A stretch of DNA of 64,000 nt from Nitriliruptoraceae bacterium (GTDB lineage Bacteria; Actinomycetota; Nitriliruptoria; Nitriliruptorales; Nitriliruptoraceae): positions 12,575 to 76,574 of the forward strand of contig JBBDSU010000057.1 of the NCBI GenBank assembly GCA_040904825.1, read 5' to 3'. Positions within the stretch are counted from its first letter, which is position 1. Every line of letters starts with the position of its first letter. Positions 20,062-28,166 of the stretch are shown here, piece after piece. The notes beneath the pieces were generated by a model that worked only from the letters and a program-made list of their open reading frames with translations, had not been told where the DNA came from and did not search any database. A program made the position numbers and the translations under genes.

Positions 20062-20625
20062 TCACCAGTGGCCAAGCATCTCATCCCATTGGCCAGCGGT
20101 CAGGTTGGCTGGCATCAACGCTCCGTCGGCATCAATGACGGGCACTCCACCAACGCCGCGCTGGCGGGCAGCAACCATCCGCCGACGAACAAGTTGATGC
20201 CGCGTGGTGTCGGACAATGCGACGTGGACCTGCTCGTCCAGCATCCCAGACTCTCGAGCCAGTTCGACAAGGACACTCGGATCACCTAGGTCTTCGCCGT
20301 CGCTCCAGTAGGCACGGATGGCTCGCTGTCGCCATTCCATTCCGCTGCCGATCTCCTCGGCGAGGTCGCCGATGACGTGGGCAGCCGTGGTTGCCGGCCG
20401 GATGGTTGGAGGGCATACCTCCAGTCCTATCGACACCGCATCATCACGCCATCTGTCAATCTCTTCGCGTTGATCGAGCGTCACCGGCACCGACACGTCG
20501 AGGCCAAGCGTGTCGAACCCGCCGAAGTCGATCTCTCGCCCCCGATTGCGCACGAGCGCGCCATGGGCATGCAGCACTGCCACCACGGCCGGGAGCGAGG
20601 GATAGTCGAAATAGAGGACGCGCAT
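20062..20625 (-). CDS. DsbA/FrnE-like thioredoxin-fold protein lacking the CXXC motif
   Basis: The MRVLYFDYPSLPAV start and the C-terminal GVGGVPVIDADGAL resemble the DsbA-like family. The usual C-P-x-C position reads S-L-P-A. Confidence 0.55.
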   Translation of the reverse strand: MRVLYFDYPSLPAVVAVLHAHGALVRNRGREIDFGGFDTLGLDVSVPVTLDQREEIDRWRDDAVSIGLEVCPPTIRPATTAAHVIGDLAEEIGSGMEWRQRAIRAYWSDGEDLGDPSVLVELARESGMLDEQVHVALSDTTRHQLVRRRMVAARQRGVGGVPVIDADGALMPANLTAGQWDEMLGHW

Positions 20626-21075
20626 TCCCCGACCCTATCGGCGAAATTTCGATCACAGCGTGTCCTCAGCCGGCTCCTACTGCTATGTGCGACGACGATC
20701 GCCGGTCATTTGTCTCCCTCCCCTTCTCTGATTCGTTCGTTGGAAGGCTCGAAGGCCCTCAAGATGGGGACTCCTGACCCTGATGGCCCGCACCAACGAG
20801 CCGTACGGTCCTTACCTGCCAGACAACCATGCGGTAAACGCCTGACCGTGAGCATCCAACATGAGTGCGACAGTCGACAGGAGGCATCCTTGAATAGGAT
20901 CGTGCGAGCCTTCTGCCCCGTTGCGGGATCCCCGCAACATGTTGAGCACGCGTTCCTGATGGAGCCCCGACGCTGGGTGCCGTCGGCCGGCTCCCAAGGC
21001 AGCGAAGCTCAGCTTGACGATGGCTTGCAGGTCGTCGTCCGCGCCGGCGCGTTATCACGGCATGTACGCCTAGGG

Positions 21076-21435
21076 ATGGGCAAGCCGTGGCGCAACGGAT
21101 CCACCATTTGGCGGAGCCTTCAGTGGGATCCGGTGGCCGGGGACGGTGCGGCTACCACCATCGACCGCTGGTTGCCGTCACTCGACGGTGAACTCGGCCT
21201 CAACCGGCGGCGGCCAAGCGATCAACTGACTCTCGTGCTTGATGCCCGCTATCTGCCTCCTGGCGGCTCGCTGGGTTCTGCGATCGATACCGCGGTACTT
21301 GGGCGGCTGGCGCAGACAACGGTCGAGCGCTTTCTCGTCAACATCGCTGCTCGTCTCACAGCCGAGTCAATGCTGGTCAACCCGAGCGATCTCGGTGAAG
21401 CTAGTACTACCCCGTCTACATCCCGCTGTGGTTGA
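21076..21435 (+). CDS. Hypothetical protein (very uncertain)
   Basis: Only the 3' third of the 20377..21435 ORF shows GC-rich third codon positions. No motif recognised. It overlaps the kinase 3' end by 20 nt. Confidence 0.2.
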   Translation: MGKPWRNGSTIWRSLQWDPVAGDGAATTIDRWLPSLDGELGLNRRRPSDQLTLVLDARYLPPGGSLGSAIDTAVLGRLAQTTVERFLVNIAARLTAESMLVNPSDLGEASTTPSTSRCG

Positions 21436-23074
21436 GCGGCACGCTCCACGACAACACCGTGCCAGGTCCGTCGCGGCGCGTCGCCACCTCAAAGTGACCA
21501 CGGAGCGCAACGGCTCGATCGTTGAGATTGTGCAGACCGAGACCTCCACGGTCTGCAGCACCTATGCCGATCCCGTTGTCCATGACGCGGATGACCAGGT
21601 TGTCCGACGTAATGCTGACCTCGACAATGGCCTGGCTTGCCTGAGCATGCTTGGCAACATTGGTCAACGCTTCTCGAATCACCGGCACCGCGACATCGGC
21701 GATCTCAGAAGGAACCATCGAGTCGATCGGGCCGTCGAAACGCACTCGAGGTGTCGACGCCAACGCGTCGCCAATCTCGTCGAGGACATCGAGGACTTTG
21801 CCCCGTAGCCCCACGCCCTGATCCTGACGCGACTGCAACGCAAAGATCGTCGCGCGAATGTCCTTGACCGTCGTGTCGATCTCATCGACTGCTCGCGTCA
21901 ACTTTTCAGTCACCTCCGCTCGATCACTGACGCGCGGGATGACTGCCTGCAAGGACAGGCCAGTCGCAAACAGCCGCTGGATCACCGTGTCGTGCAAGTC
22001 TCGACCGATGCGCTCTCGGTCCTCTATCAGCGACAATCGGCGCAGTTCATCCTGTGTTTGCTCGTGTGTCCAGGCGACGCTGACCTGTTCACCGAACCCC
22101 ACGAGCAACTGCTCATCGCGCTCAGAAAACGCCCGCGCACGCGCAACGCCAAGCGCTGCGCCGATGCCACTGCCATCGCGCACTGGAACCCAAATGGTGG
22201 GCTTGTCCATCACGACGCCGCGGGCTGTCCTGACGACATCCCCTTCATCCAACGTGCGCCACACCGGACTTCCGGTTCCGTCAATAGTCCCCAGTGATAG
22301 GGCCGGCATCCCCCAAGAGGCGAGAACGATCAACCTGTCGTCGCGCCCTTGGACCTCACGGACAACCACGCATGCGGTGTCGGCGTCCAGCATGCGAGCT
22401 GCCAGTTCCGATACCCGGCCCTGCAACTCCTGGGTGGTGGCGCCGCCGGCCAAGACACCGGCTGCAAGCTCAAGGACTGCATCTCGCCAGATCTCGCGTC
22501 GCTGCAAGTCTTCGTAGAGCCGTGCGTTGCTGATGACTGACCCGGCGACGGCGGCAAGGGCGACAATCAACTCCTCGTCACGTTCCGAGAATTCCTTCGC
22601 GCCGTCCTTTTCGGTCAGGTAGAGATTGCCGAAAACCTGCTGTCCGATGCGGATGGGCGCACCAAGAAACGACCCCATGGGCGGATGGTGAGCAGGAAAC
22701 CCGTACGACGCCTCATGGTCAGCAACGTTGCTCAGGCGCAGAGGATGCGGATGGTTGATGAGGTGGCCAAGCACCCCTTGTCCCTCAGGCAACGGACCGA
22801 TCTTCGCCGCGGTCTCGTCATCGATGCCGTGATGAACGAAAGCTGAGAGTCCTTCGCCATCATCCGAGATGACACCAAGCGCGCCATAACGGGCATCTAC
22901 GAGTGAGCATGCCGCCTCGATGATCCGACGCAGGACCGTCTCTAGGTCAAGATCACCGGCAACCAACCGGACCGCATCAAGCAGGCGTGAGAGTTGCAGA
23001 TCCTGAGTCACCGATCCCCCGGACGATGCAGGCTGTAAGGTGGTCGCAGCGAGTCTAGGCCGCCACTGCCCCAC
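21416..23074 (-). CDS. Sensor histidine kinase with tandem GAF domains (DevS/DosT-like, HisKA_3 + HATPase)
   Basis: Two GAF-like regions are followed by DRERIGRDLHDTVIQRLFATGL (HisKA_3 H-box) and N/G boxes (LTNVAKHA, DNGIGIG, GGLGLHNL). Confidence 0.85.
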   Translation of the reverse strand: MGQWRPRLAATTLQPASSGGSVTQDLQLSRLLDAVRLVAGDLDLETVLRRIIEAACSLVDARYGALGVISDDGEGLSAFVHHGIDDETAAKIGPLPEGQGVLGHLINHPHPLRLSNVADHEASYGFPAHHPPMGSFLGAPIRIGQQVFGNLYLTEKDGAKEFSERDEELIVALAAVAGSVISNARLYEDLQRREIWRDAVLELAAGVLAGGATTQELQGRVSELAARMLDADTACVVVREVQGRDDRLIVLASWGMPALSLGTIDGTGSPVWRTLDEGDVVRTARGVVMDKPTIWVPVRDGSGIGAALGVARARAFSERDEQLLVGFGEQVSVAWTHEQTQDELRRLSLIEDRERIGRDLHDTVIQRLFATGLSLQAVIPRVSDRAEVTEKLTRAVDEIDTTVKDIRATIFALQSRQDQGVGLRGKVLDVLDEIGDALASTPRVRFDGPIDSMVPSEIADVAVPVIREALTNVAKHAQASQAIVEVSITSDNLVIRVMDNGIGIGAADRGGLGLHNLNDRAVALRGHFEVATRRDGPGTVLSWSVPLNHSGM

Positions 23075-23103
23075 GGTCGGTACCGGATAGTTCGGCAGCG
23101 GCC

Positions 23104-23129
23104 GTGTTCGTCAGCAGCCTGACGAACAC
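23104..23129. promoter_or_regulatory. Perfect 11-4-11 palindrome GTGTTCGTCAG-cagc-CTGACGAACAC in the divergent kinase/regulator promoter region
   Basis: Read directly from the sequence. It lies between the kinase start (23074, minus) and the regulator start (23165, plus). Confidence 0.4.
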
Positions 23130-23164
23130 AAGAGGTACGACCGTCAATCACCTGGGAGAACGAC

Positions 23165-23797
23165 GTGACGATCCGTGTATTCCTCGTGGACGACCACGAA
23201 GTCGTCCGGCGAGGCCTGGCAGACCTGCTCGAAGCCGAAGAGGACCTTGAGGTTGTCGGCGAAGCTGGCACAGCCGGTATGGCCTTGGCAGGCGTCGCCT
23301 CAACCAATCCTCATGTCGCCGTCTTGGACGTGCGCCTTCCCGATGGCAACGGTGTCGAGGTGTGCCGCGAAATCCGGGCACGTGATCCCAAGATCGCATG
23401 CCTCATGCTCACGTCGTTCTCCGACGATGAGGCGCTGTTCGACGCAATCATGGCTGGGGCAGCTGGCTACCTCCTCAAGGACGTGAAGGGACGCGATCTG
23501 GTCGACGCCATTCGGAGGGTCGCTGCTGGCGAGTCGCTCCTCGATCCTGCGGTGACTGGCAAAGTGCTCGAACGGCTGCGGAAGGGCGACGATGAAGACC
23601 CTCGTCTGGCTTCGCTTTCTGACCAGGAGCGGCGCATCCTCGCATTGATCTCGGAGGGGTTGACCAACCGACAAATCGCCGAGCGCATGCACTTGGCGGA
23701 AAAGACGGTCAAGAACTACGTATCGAACCTTCTGGCCAAGCTTGGCATGCAGCGACGTACGGAAGCAGCCGTGTTCTACACGCAACTCGACACCTGA
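23165..23797 (+). CDS. NarL/FixJ-family response regulator (DevR/DosR-like)
   Basis: Receiver domain ([16 protein letters not shown]...[12 protein letters not shown]) plus LuxR HTH ([43 protein letters not shown]). Confidence 0.9.
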   Translation: MTIRVFLVDDHEVVRRGLADLLEAEEDLEVVGEAGTAGMALAGVASTNPHVAVLDVRLPDGNGVEVCREIRARDPKIACLMLTSFSDDEALFDAIMAGAAGYLLKDVKGRDLVDAIRRVAAGESLLDPAVTGKVLERLRKGDDEDPRLASLSDQERRILALISEGLTNRQIAERMHLAEKTVKNYVSNLLAKLGMQRRTEAAVFYTQLDT

Positions 23798-23893
23798 TGA
23801 TTCACCAGGCGAGCCTCATTGTTGCGCGGGGTCCTTCGATAGTCCCGACAGGTCAGGACGAGCGGCCCTGATGGGTATGCAAGCGGATGCGCC

Positions 23894-24364
23894 ATGATCG
23901 CATCCACCGAACGTCAGGACCCCACCATGACCGACAAGAAACACTCCCCGGCGACCGACCGTCACGGACTCGAAGTTCTCAACCTGCCGCAATGCCTCGC
24001 ACTGTTGCGATCCCGACCGGTCGGCCGCATCGCCTACATCGATGCTGGCCAACCCAACATTGTCCCGGTGAACCACGTCGTCGACGGCGCATCGGTCGTC
24101 CTTCGTAGCCTCAGCGGCGGCAAGCTCGATGCTGCAGTGCTGGGTGAGCCCGTCGCGTTCCAGCTCGATGACCACGATCCAGCTCGCGCAACGGGCTGGA
24201 GTGTCGTGGTGCGTGGCCGGGCTGTACTTGTCGACGACATCGCTGACATCGAACGTCTCGAGAACGAGCTTGACAGTTGGGCTCTTGCCAACGATGCCGA
24301 TGGCACGTGGGTTCGCATTGTCGCTGACGAGATTTCAGGCCGGCGGTTGTCCGCTCGAGCCTGA
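23894..24364 (+). CDS. Pyridoxamine 5'-phosphate oxidase (PPOX) family split-barrel protein
   Basis: CLALLRSRPVGRIAYIDAGQPNIVPVNHVVDGASVVLRS...WSVVVRGRAVLVDD is the typical PPOX-class fold pattern. Confidence 0.7.
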   Translation: MIASTERQDPTMTDKKHSPATDRHGLEVLNLPQCLALLRSRPVGRIAYIDAGQPNIVPVNHVVDGASVVLRSLSGGKLDAAVLGEPVAFQLDDHDPARATGWSVVVRGRAVLVDDIADIERLENELDSWALANDADGTWVRIVADEISGRRLSARA

Positions 24365-24513
24365 CCGATGCACGCCAACGGTCCCGTGAACATCGGGCCA
24401 AGGGTCCCCTCCTGCAAGGACTCCTCGCCCTGCCGCCAATTGGTTCTGGCGGTTTCAATCTGCTGCGAACACACCGCTGCCCAATGCCTCGACGCACCCG
24501 CTGACGACATGCC

Positions 24514-25953
24514 GTGCCGTCGAAGCCTGACCATAGGAACGACAACGTGAGCGAAGAACGAACCATGGGAACGATTGCCACCGCGGTAGTTGCTGCGATC
24601 GCACTCGTGCTGTCGGCCGGTGCGCTGATCACCTCCGCAGGAGCTGCGTCGCGTACATCCGCCGCACCACAACTAGAGGCTCCTGCAGCTCCTGACGCGC
24701 CCACTTCGGTGGCGGTCGAGCTGTCCGAATTTGCCATCTCTCCGTCAAACATTGCAGTCGCGGTTGACGGAGTGATCCAGGTAGCAAACCGTGGGGCCAT
24801 CGATCACGATTTCGCCATTGTCGGTACTGACGTTGGCACGCCCATGCTGCGGACCGGCGAGACGTTTGAGTTGTCGCTGGCTGGTCTTGCCCCAGGAACC
24901 TACGACATCATCTGCACCGTGCCAGGCCACGACTCGTCAGGAATGCGAGGGACACTGACGATCGTCGGCGAAGGCGAGTCTGCACCCGTCGCTGACGCTG
25001 GCCAAGACCACGGTTCAGCAGCCGAATTGGACTGGGCCGCGCTCGACCGAGCCATGGAAGAAAGCATCCTGGCCTATCCGGCAGCGACCGAAGGTCGTGG
25101 CAACCAGTTGCTTGATCCCGAAGAGATTCTTGCGGACGGCACCAAGGTGTTCCGCCTCATCGCAGAAATCATCGAATGGGAAGTCGAGCCCGGCAAGATC
25201 GTGGAAGGCTGGGCGTACAACGGGCAAGTTCCCGGGCCGATGATTCGTGTCGATGTTGGCGACAACGTCCGCGTCCACGTCGAGAACCATCTGCCGATGG
25301 GCACCGACGTCCACTGGCACGGTGTGCGTGTACCCAACGATCAGGACGGAGTCGCCCCACTGACCCAACCACTGATCCAGCCCGGTGAGACCTTCACCTA
25401 CGAATTTGTGGCAAGCGAACCGGCGATCGGGATGTACCACCCGCACCACCATGGTCAGATGAAGCTCCCGAACGGCATGTTCGGCGTCTTCATCATCGGG
25501 GAAATGGGTACGGACATTCCCTTGCCAACCGGACGGACCATCAGTGGCCGTGAGATCCCTGAAGAGATCGACGTTGTTGCTGAAATCCCGATGGTGCTCA
25601 ACGACGCAGGCACGATTGGCTTGACCATTAACGGCAAGGGGTGGCCTGCGACCGAACCCATTGTGATGAACCAAGGCGACTGGTTCATCGTGCACTACTA
25701 CAACGAAGGTCTGCAGATCCATCCCATGCATCTGCACCAGATGCCGCAACTCGTCGTCGCCAAAGACGGGTTCGCACTTGAGGCACCGCAGTGGGAAGAC
25801 ACCGTCAACATCGCCCCTGGTGAGCGCTACACGGTGTTGATCCAAGCATCCGACCCGGGCGTGTGGGCTTTCCACTGCCACATTCTCACCCACGCAGAAC
25901 GGCATGAAGGCATGTTCGGCATGGTGACCGCACTCATCGTCAACGAGACATGA
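24514..25953 (+). CDS. Membrane-anchored cupredoxin domain fused to a two-domain multicopper oxidase
   Basis: N-terminal TM helix. Type-1 copper cupredoxin ligand pattern: IDHDF ... YDIICTVPGHDSSGMRG. Four MCO His motifs follow: HWHG, YHPHHH, HPMHLH, HCHILTHAERHEGM. The start may instead be GTG 24547 (AGGAA upstream) or ATG 24565. Confidence 0.8.
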   Translation: MPSKPDHRNDNVSEERTMGTIATAVVAAIALVLSAGALITSAGAASRTSAAPQLEAPAAPDAPTSVAVELSEFAISPSNIAVAVDGVIQVANRGAIDHDFAIVGTDVGTPMLRTGETFELSLAGLAPGTYDIICTVPGHDSSGMRGTLTIVGEGESAPVADAGQDHGSAAELDWAALDRAMEESILAYPAATEGRGNQLLDPEEILADGTKVFRLIAEIIEWEVEPGKIVEGWAYNGQVPGPMIRVDVGDNVRVHVENHLPMGTDVHWHGVRVPNDQDGVAPLTQPLIQPGETFTYEFVASEPAIGMYHPHHHGQMKLPNGMFGVFIIGEMGTDIPLPTGRTISGREIPEEIDVVAEIPMVLNDAGTIGLTINGKGWPATEPIVMNQGDWFIVHYYNEGLQIHPMHLHQMPQLVVAKDGFALEAPQWEDTVNIAPGERYTVLIQASDPGVWAFHCHILTHAERHEGMFGMVTALIVNET

Positions 25954-25992
25954 TCGACCGCTGACTCGGTGGGCATTCGCCCCTGGCAAGAG

Positions 25993-26039
25993 CACGTGTC
26001 GGCCGCCATCCCGTTCAAGCGGGTGGCGGCCGACACGTG
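25993..26039 (+). terminator. Long GC-rich hairpin (16-bp perfect stem) downstream of the oxidase gene
   Basis: CACGTGTCGGCCGCCA - 15-nt loop - TGGCGGCCGACACGTG, beginning 40 nt after the stop at 25953. There is no U-tract, as with many actinobacterial terminators. Confidence 0.5.
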
Positions 26040-26199
26040 TGCGCAACGTGACACGATGCGACACGTCACGACGTGCTCCAAATCCTCGCACACCGCCATG
26101 CGAACAATCGTGGCCCTATCCCAGGGTGGACACGAACTCCGTCGCTGTCTCTTGTCTTGCCTGCTTGCTACGATGGTGGCGCGCAGTCCTTAAGTGACT

Positions 26200-26336
26200 A
26201 CGCGTGACACCCGGGGAGCTCAGGACAGCTGGGCTGAGAGGGTGACCACGTCTGCAGGCGCCATCACGGCGTCGCGCGACGGCGTCATCGACCCGTGGAA
26301 CCTGAGCTGGGTAATGCCAGCGGAGGGAGGTGGACG
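26200..26336 (+). promoter_or_regulatory. TPP (THI-box) riboswitch
   Basis: Conserved core read directly: CCGGGGAGC...GCTGAGAGG...ACCCGTGGAACCTGAGCTGGGTAATGCCAGCGGAGGGA. Compare the E. coli thiM element GGGGTGC...CTGAGA...ACCC...CACCTGATCTGGATAATGCCAGCGTAGGGA. Boundaries are approximate. Confidence 0.85.
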
Positions 26337-27008
26337 ATGACCCGTCACGACGATCACAACGTCGATGACGTCATTGTCTTTGTGGGCGGTGCATCGATCG
26401 TCCCCTTCGTTGGCACCTTCAAGGACCGCCTTCCCAAAAGTGCGTGGTCGATCGCAGCAGATTCTGGCTTGCACGTTGCAGAAGCGCTGGATCACCCGGT
26501 GCACCTTATTGTCGGCGATCTCGATTCGGTCGACCTCGCACGGCTTGCTGTGCATGAGCATGCAGGCGTGGCGGTCGATCGTCATCCCGTCGACAAGGAC
26601 CGAACCGACCTGGAAATCGCCCTCGATCACGCACGATCGAAGTCGCCTCGACGCATCACGGTGGTCGGCGGCGGGGGCGGCCGACTGGATCACCTCATCG
26701 GGAACCTGTCGCAGTTAGCGCGACCCGACCTCGACGGCATCAACGTCGTGGCCTATCTGCCTCCGGCCACAGTGCACATCGTTACTGATGATGTCACCGT
26801 GACCGGACAAGTAGGCGAACCCGTCTCGCTCGTGCCGGTTCATGGCGACGCACGAGGCGTCACCACGACTGGTCTGGAGTTTCCTCTGTCGGACGACAAT
26901 CTGCCAGCGGCAACATCACGCGGCATCAGCAACAGATTCAGCTCACCTCAGGCCACGGTCAACCTCCAGCACGGCCGACTCCTCATGATTCGTCCGGGCG
27001 TCACATGA
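26337..27008 (+). CDS. thiN: Thiamine pyrophosphokinase
   Basis: AADSGLHVAEALDHPVHLIVGDLDSVD, KDRTDLEIAL and GGGGGRLDHLIGN are the TPK catalytic motifs. ATG at 26337 follows GGAGGGAGG. The ORF-track start at 26295 is inside the riboswitch core. Confidence 0.8.
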   Translation: MTRHDDHNVDDVIVFVGGASIVPFVGTFKDRLPKSAWSIAADSGLHVAEALDHPVHLIVGDLDSVDLARLAVHEHAGVAVDRHPVDKDRTDLEIALDHARSKSPRRITVVGGGGGRLDHLIGNLSQLARPDLDGINVVAYLPPATVHIVTDDVTVTGQVGEPVSLVPVHGDARGVTTTGLEFPLSDDNLPAATSRGISNRFSSPQATVNLQHGRLLMIRPGVT

Positions 27009-27036
27009 CCACTCGCCTGACAAAGGAACGCTCCGA

Positions 27037-28164
27037 ATGGCCATCCGAATGACCCGAACCCAACCCCAGACGTCCGCTGTGCCGATCGCACGCGCACGAC
27101 GGCCCCGATCGTTGACGACCCAAAGATGGGTCGCCGCGCTGGCCATCGTGTCCATGGCGATTGCTGCGTGTGGCGATGCCAGCGACGACGCCACCGACAG
27201 CGAACCAACCACGGTCCGTGTCTTGACGCACGATTCGTTCGACGTTGACGCTGACCTTGTCGCTGCCTACGAACAGGCACACAACCTCCGTATCGAATTC
27301 ATCGCCATGGGCGATGCCGGCAGTGTCGTCAATCAGGCGATCCTGACCCGTGACGCGCCCCAAGGCGACGTCCTGTTCGGTGTTGACACGACATTTTTGT
27401 CGCGTGCAATCGACGCCGAGCTCTTCGTGAGCTATCGATCGCCTCGCCTCGACGCGATCGACACTCGCTACCTCGTCGACGACGAGTACCGCGTCACTCC
27501 GATCGATGTCGGCGATGTGTGCCTGAATGTCGACGTTGACTGGTTCGATGACGCAGGCCTGCCGTTGCCTACTGACCTTGATGATCTCACCGACGACGCC
27601 TATCGGGGCTTGACCGCGGTGATGAACCCCGCCACCTCCTCCCCCGGGCTGGCCTTCCTGCTGGCGACAGTTGATCGGTTCGGACAGGACGGTTGGCTCG
27701 ACTTCTGGGCTTCGCTGCGCGCCAATGATGTCGTGGTCACCGACGGATGGTCCGAGACGTACTACGACGAATTCACTCTCCACGGCGGTGACCGCCCGAT
27801 CGTCGTGTCATACGCATCGAGCCCACCGGCTGAAGTGTTCTTCGCAGACCCGCAACCAGATGTCGCGCCTTCAGCAGTGATCGAGGCATCCTGCTTCCGG
27901 CAGGTTGAATTCGCCGGCATCCTGGCCGGTACTGAAGTTGAGGAAGCTGCCGGCAGCGTCATCGACTTCTTGCTCAGCGTCGAGTTCCAGGAAGGCGTGC
28001 CGCTCACAATGTTTGTGTTCCCGGTCGTCAACGACGCACAACTGCCGGACGTGTTCGCACGTCACGCGGTGGTGCCCGACAGTCCACTCGAACTCGATCC
28101 GTGGGTCATAGGCGAGCACCGCGATCAATGGATCAACGATTGGACCTCGACCGTGTTGCGGTGA
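27037..28164 (+). CDS. ABC transporter substrate-binding lipoprotein (thiamine/TbpA-ThiB-like by context)
   Basis: Signal peptide with lipobox (LAIVSMAIAACG). Periplasmic-binding-protein composition. First transporter gene behind the TPP riboswitch. Confidence 0.7.
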   Translation: MAIRMTRTQPQTSAVPIARARRPRSLTTQRWVAALAIVSMAIAACGDASDDATDSEPTTVRVLTHDSFDVDADLVAAYEQAHNLRIEFIAMGDAGSVVNQAILTRDAPQGDVLFGVDTTFLSRAIDAELFVSYRSPRLDAIDTRYLVDDEYRVTPIDVGDVCLNVDVDWFDDAGLPLPTDLDDLTDDAYRGLTAVMNPATSSPGLAFLLATVDRFGQDGWLDFWASLRANDVVVTDGWSETYYDEFTLHGGDRPIVVSYASSPPAEVFFADPQPDVAPSAVIEASCFRQVEFAGILAGTEVEEAAGSVIDFLLSVEFQEGVPLTMFVFPVVNDAQLPDVFARHAVVPDSPLELDPWVIGEHRDQWINDWTSTVLR

Positions 28165-28166
28165 CA

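Noticed and set aside
20795-20825. GAGCCGTACGGTCC stretch reminiscent of group II intron domain V
   Set aside because: It is only a short CCGTACGG palindrome. There is no 34-nt domain V helix, no GTGYG 5' end in register and no reverse transcriptase ORF.
20377-21075. 5' two-thirds of the 352-aa plus-strand ORF
   Set aside because: It overlaps the DsbA-like gene in antisense, then runs through a region with AT-rich third codon positions. No motif was found.
23826-23848. GGGGTCC-N-AGTCCCG element upstream of the PPOX gene, resembling DosR half-sites
   Set aside because: The half-sites GGGTC and GTCCC are separated by 8 nt rather than the 4 nt of the DosR consensus, and one half-site is imperfect. 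That is not enough to call.
25015-26091. 358-aa minus-strand ORF covering most of the multicopper oxidase gene
   Set aside because: It is antisense to a gene with unmistakable copper-ligand motifs. Its translation is Arg/His/Val-rich with no motif, which is a typical high-GC shadow ORF.
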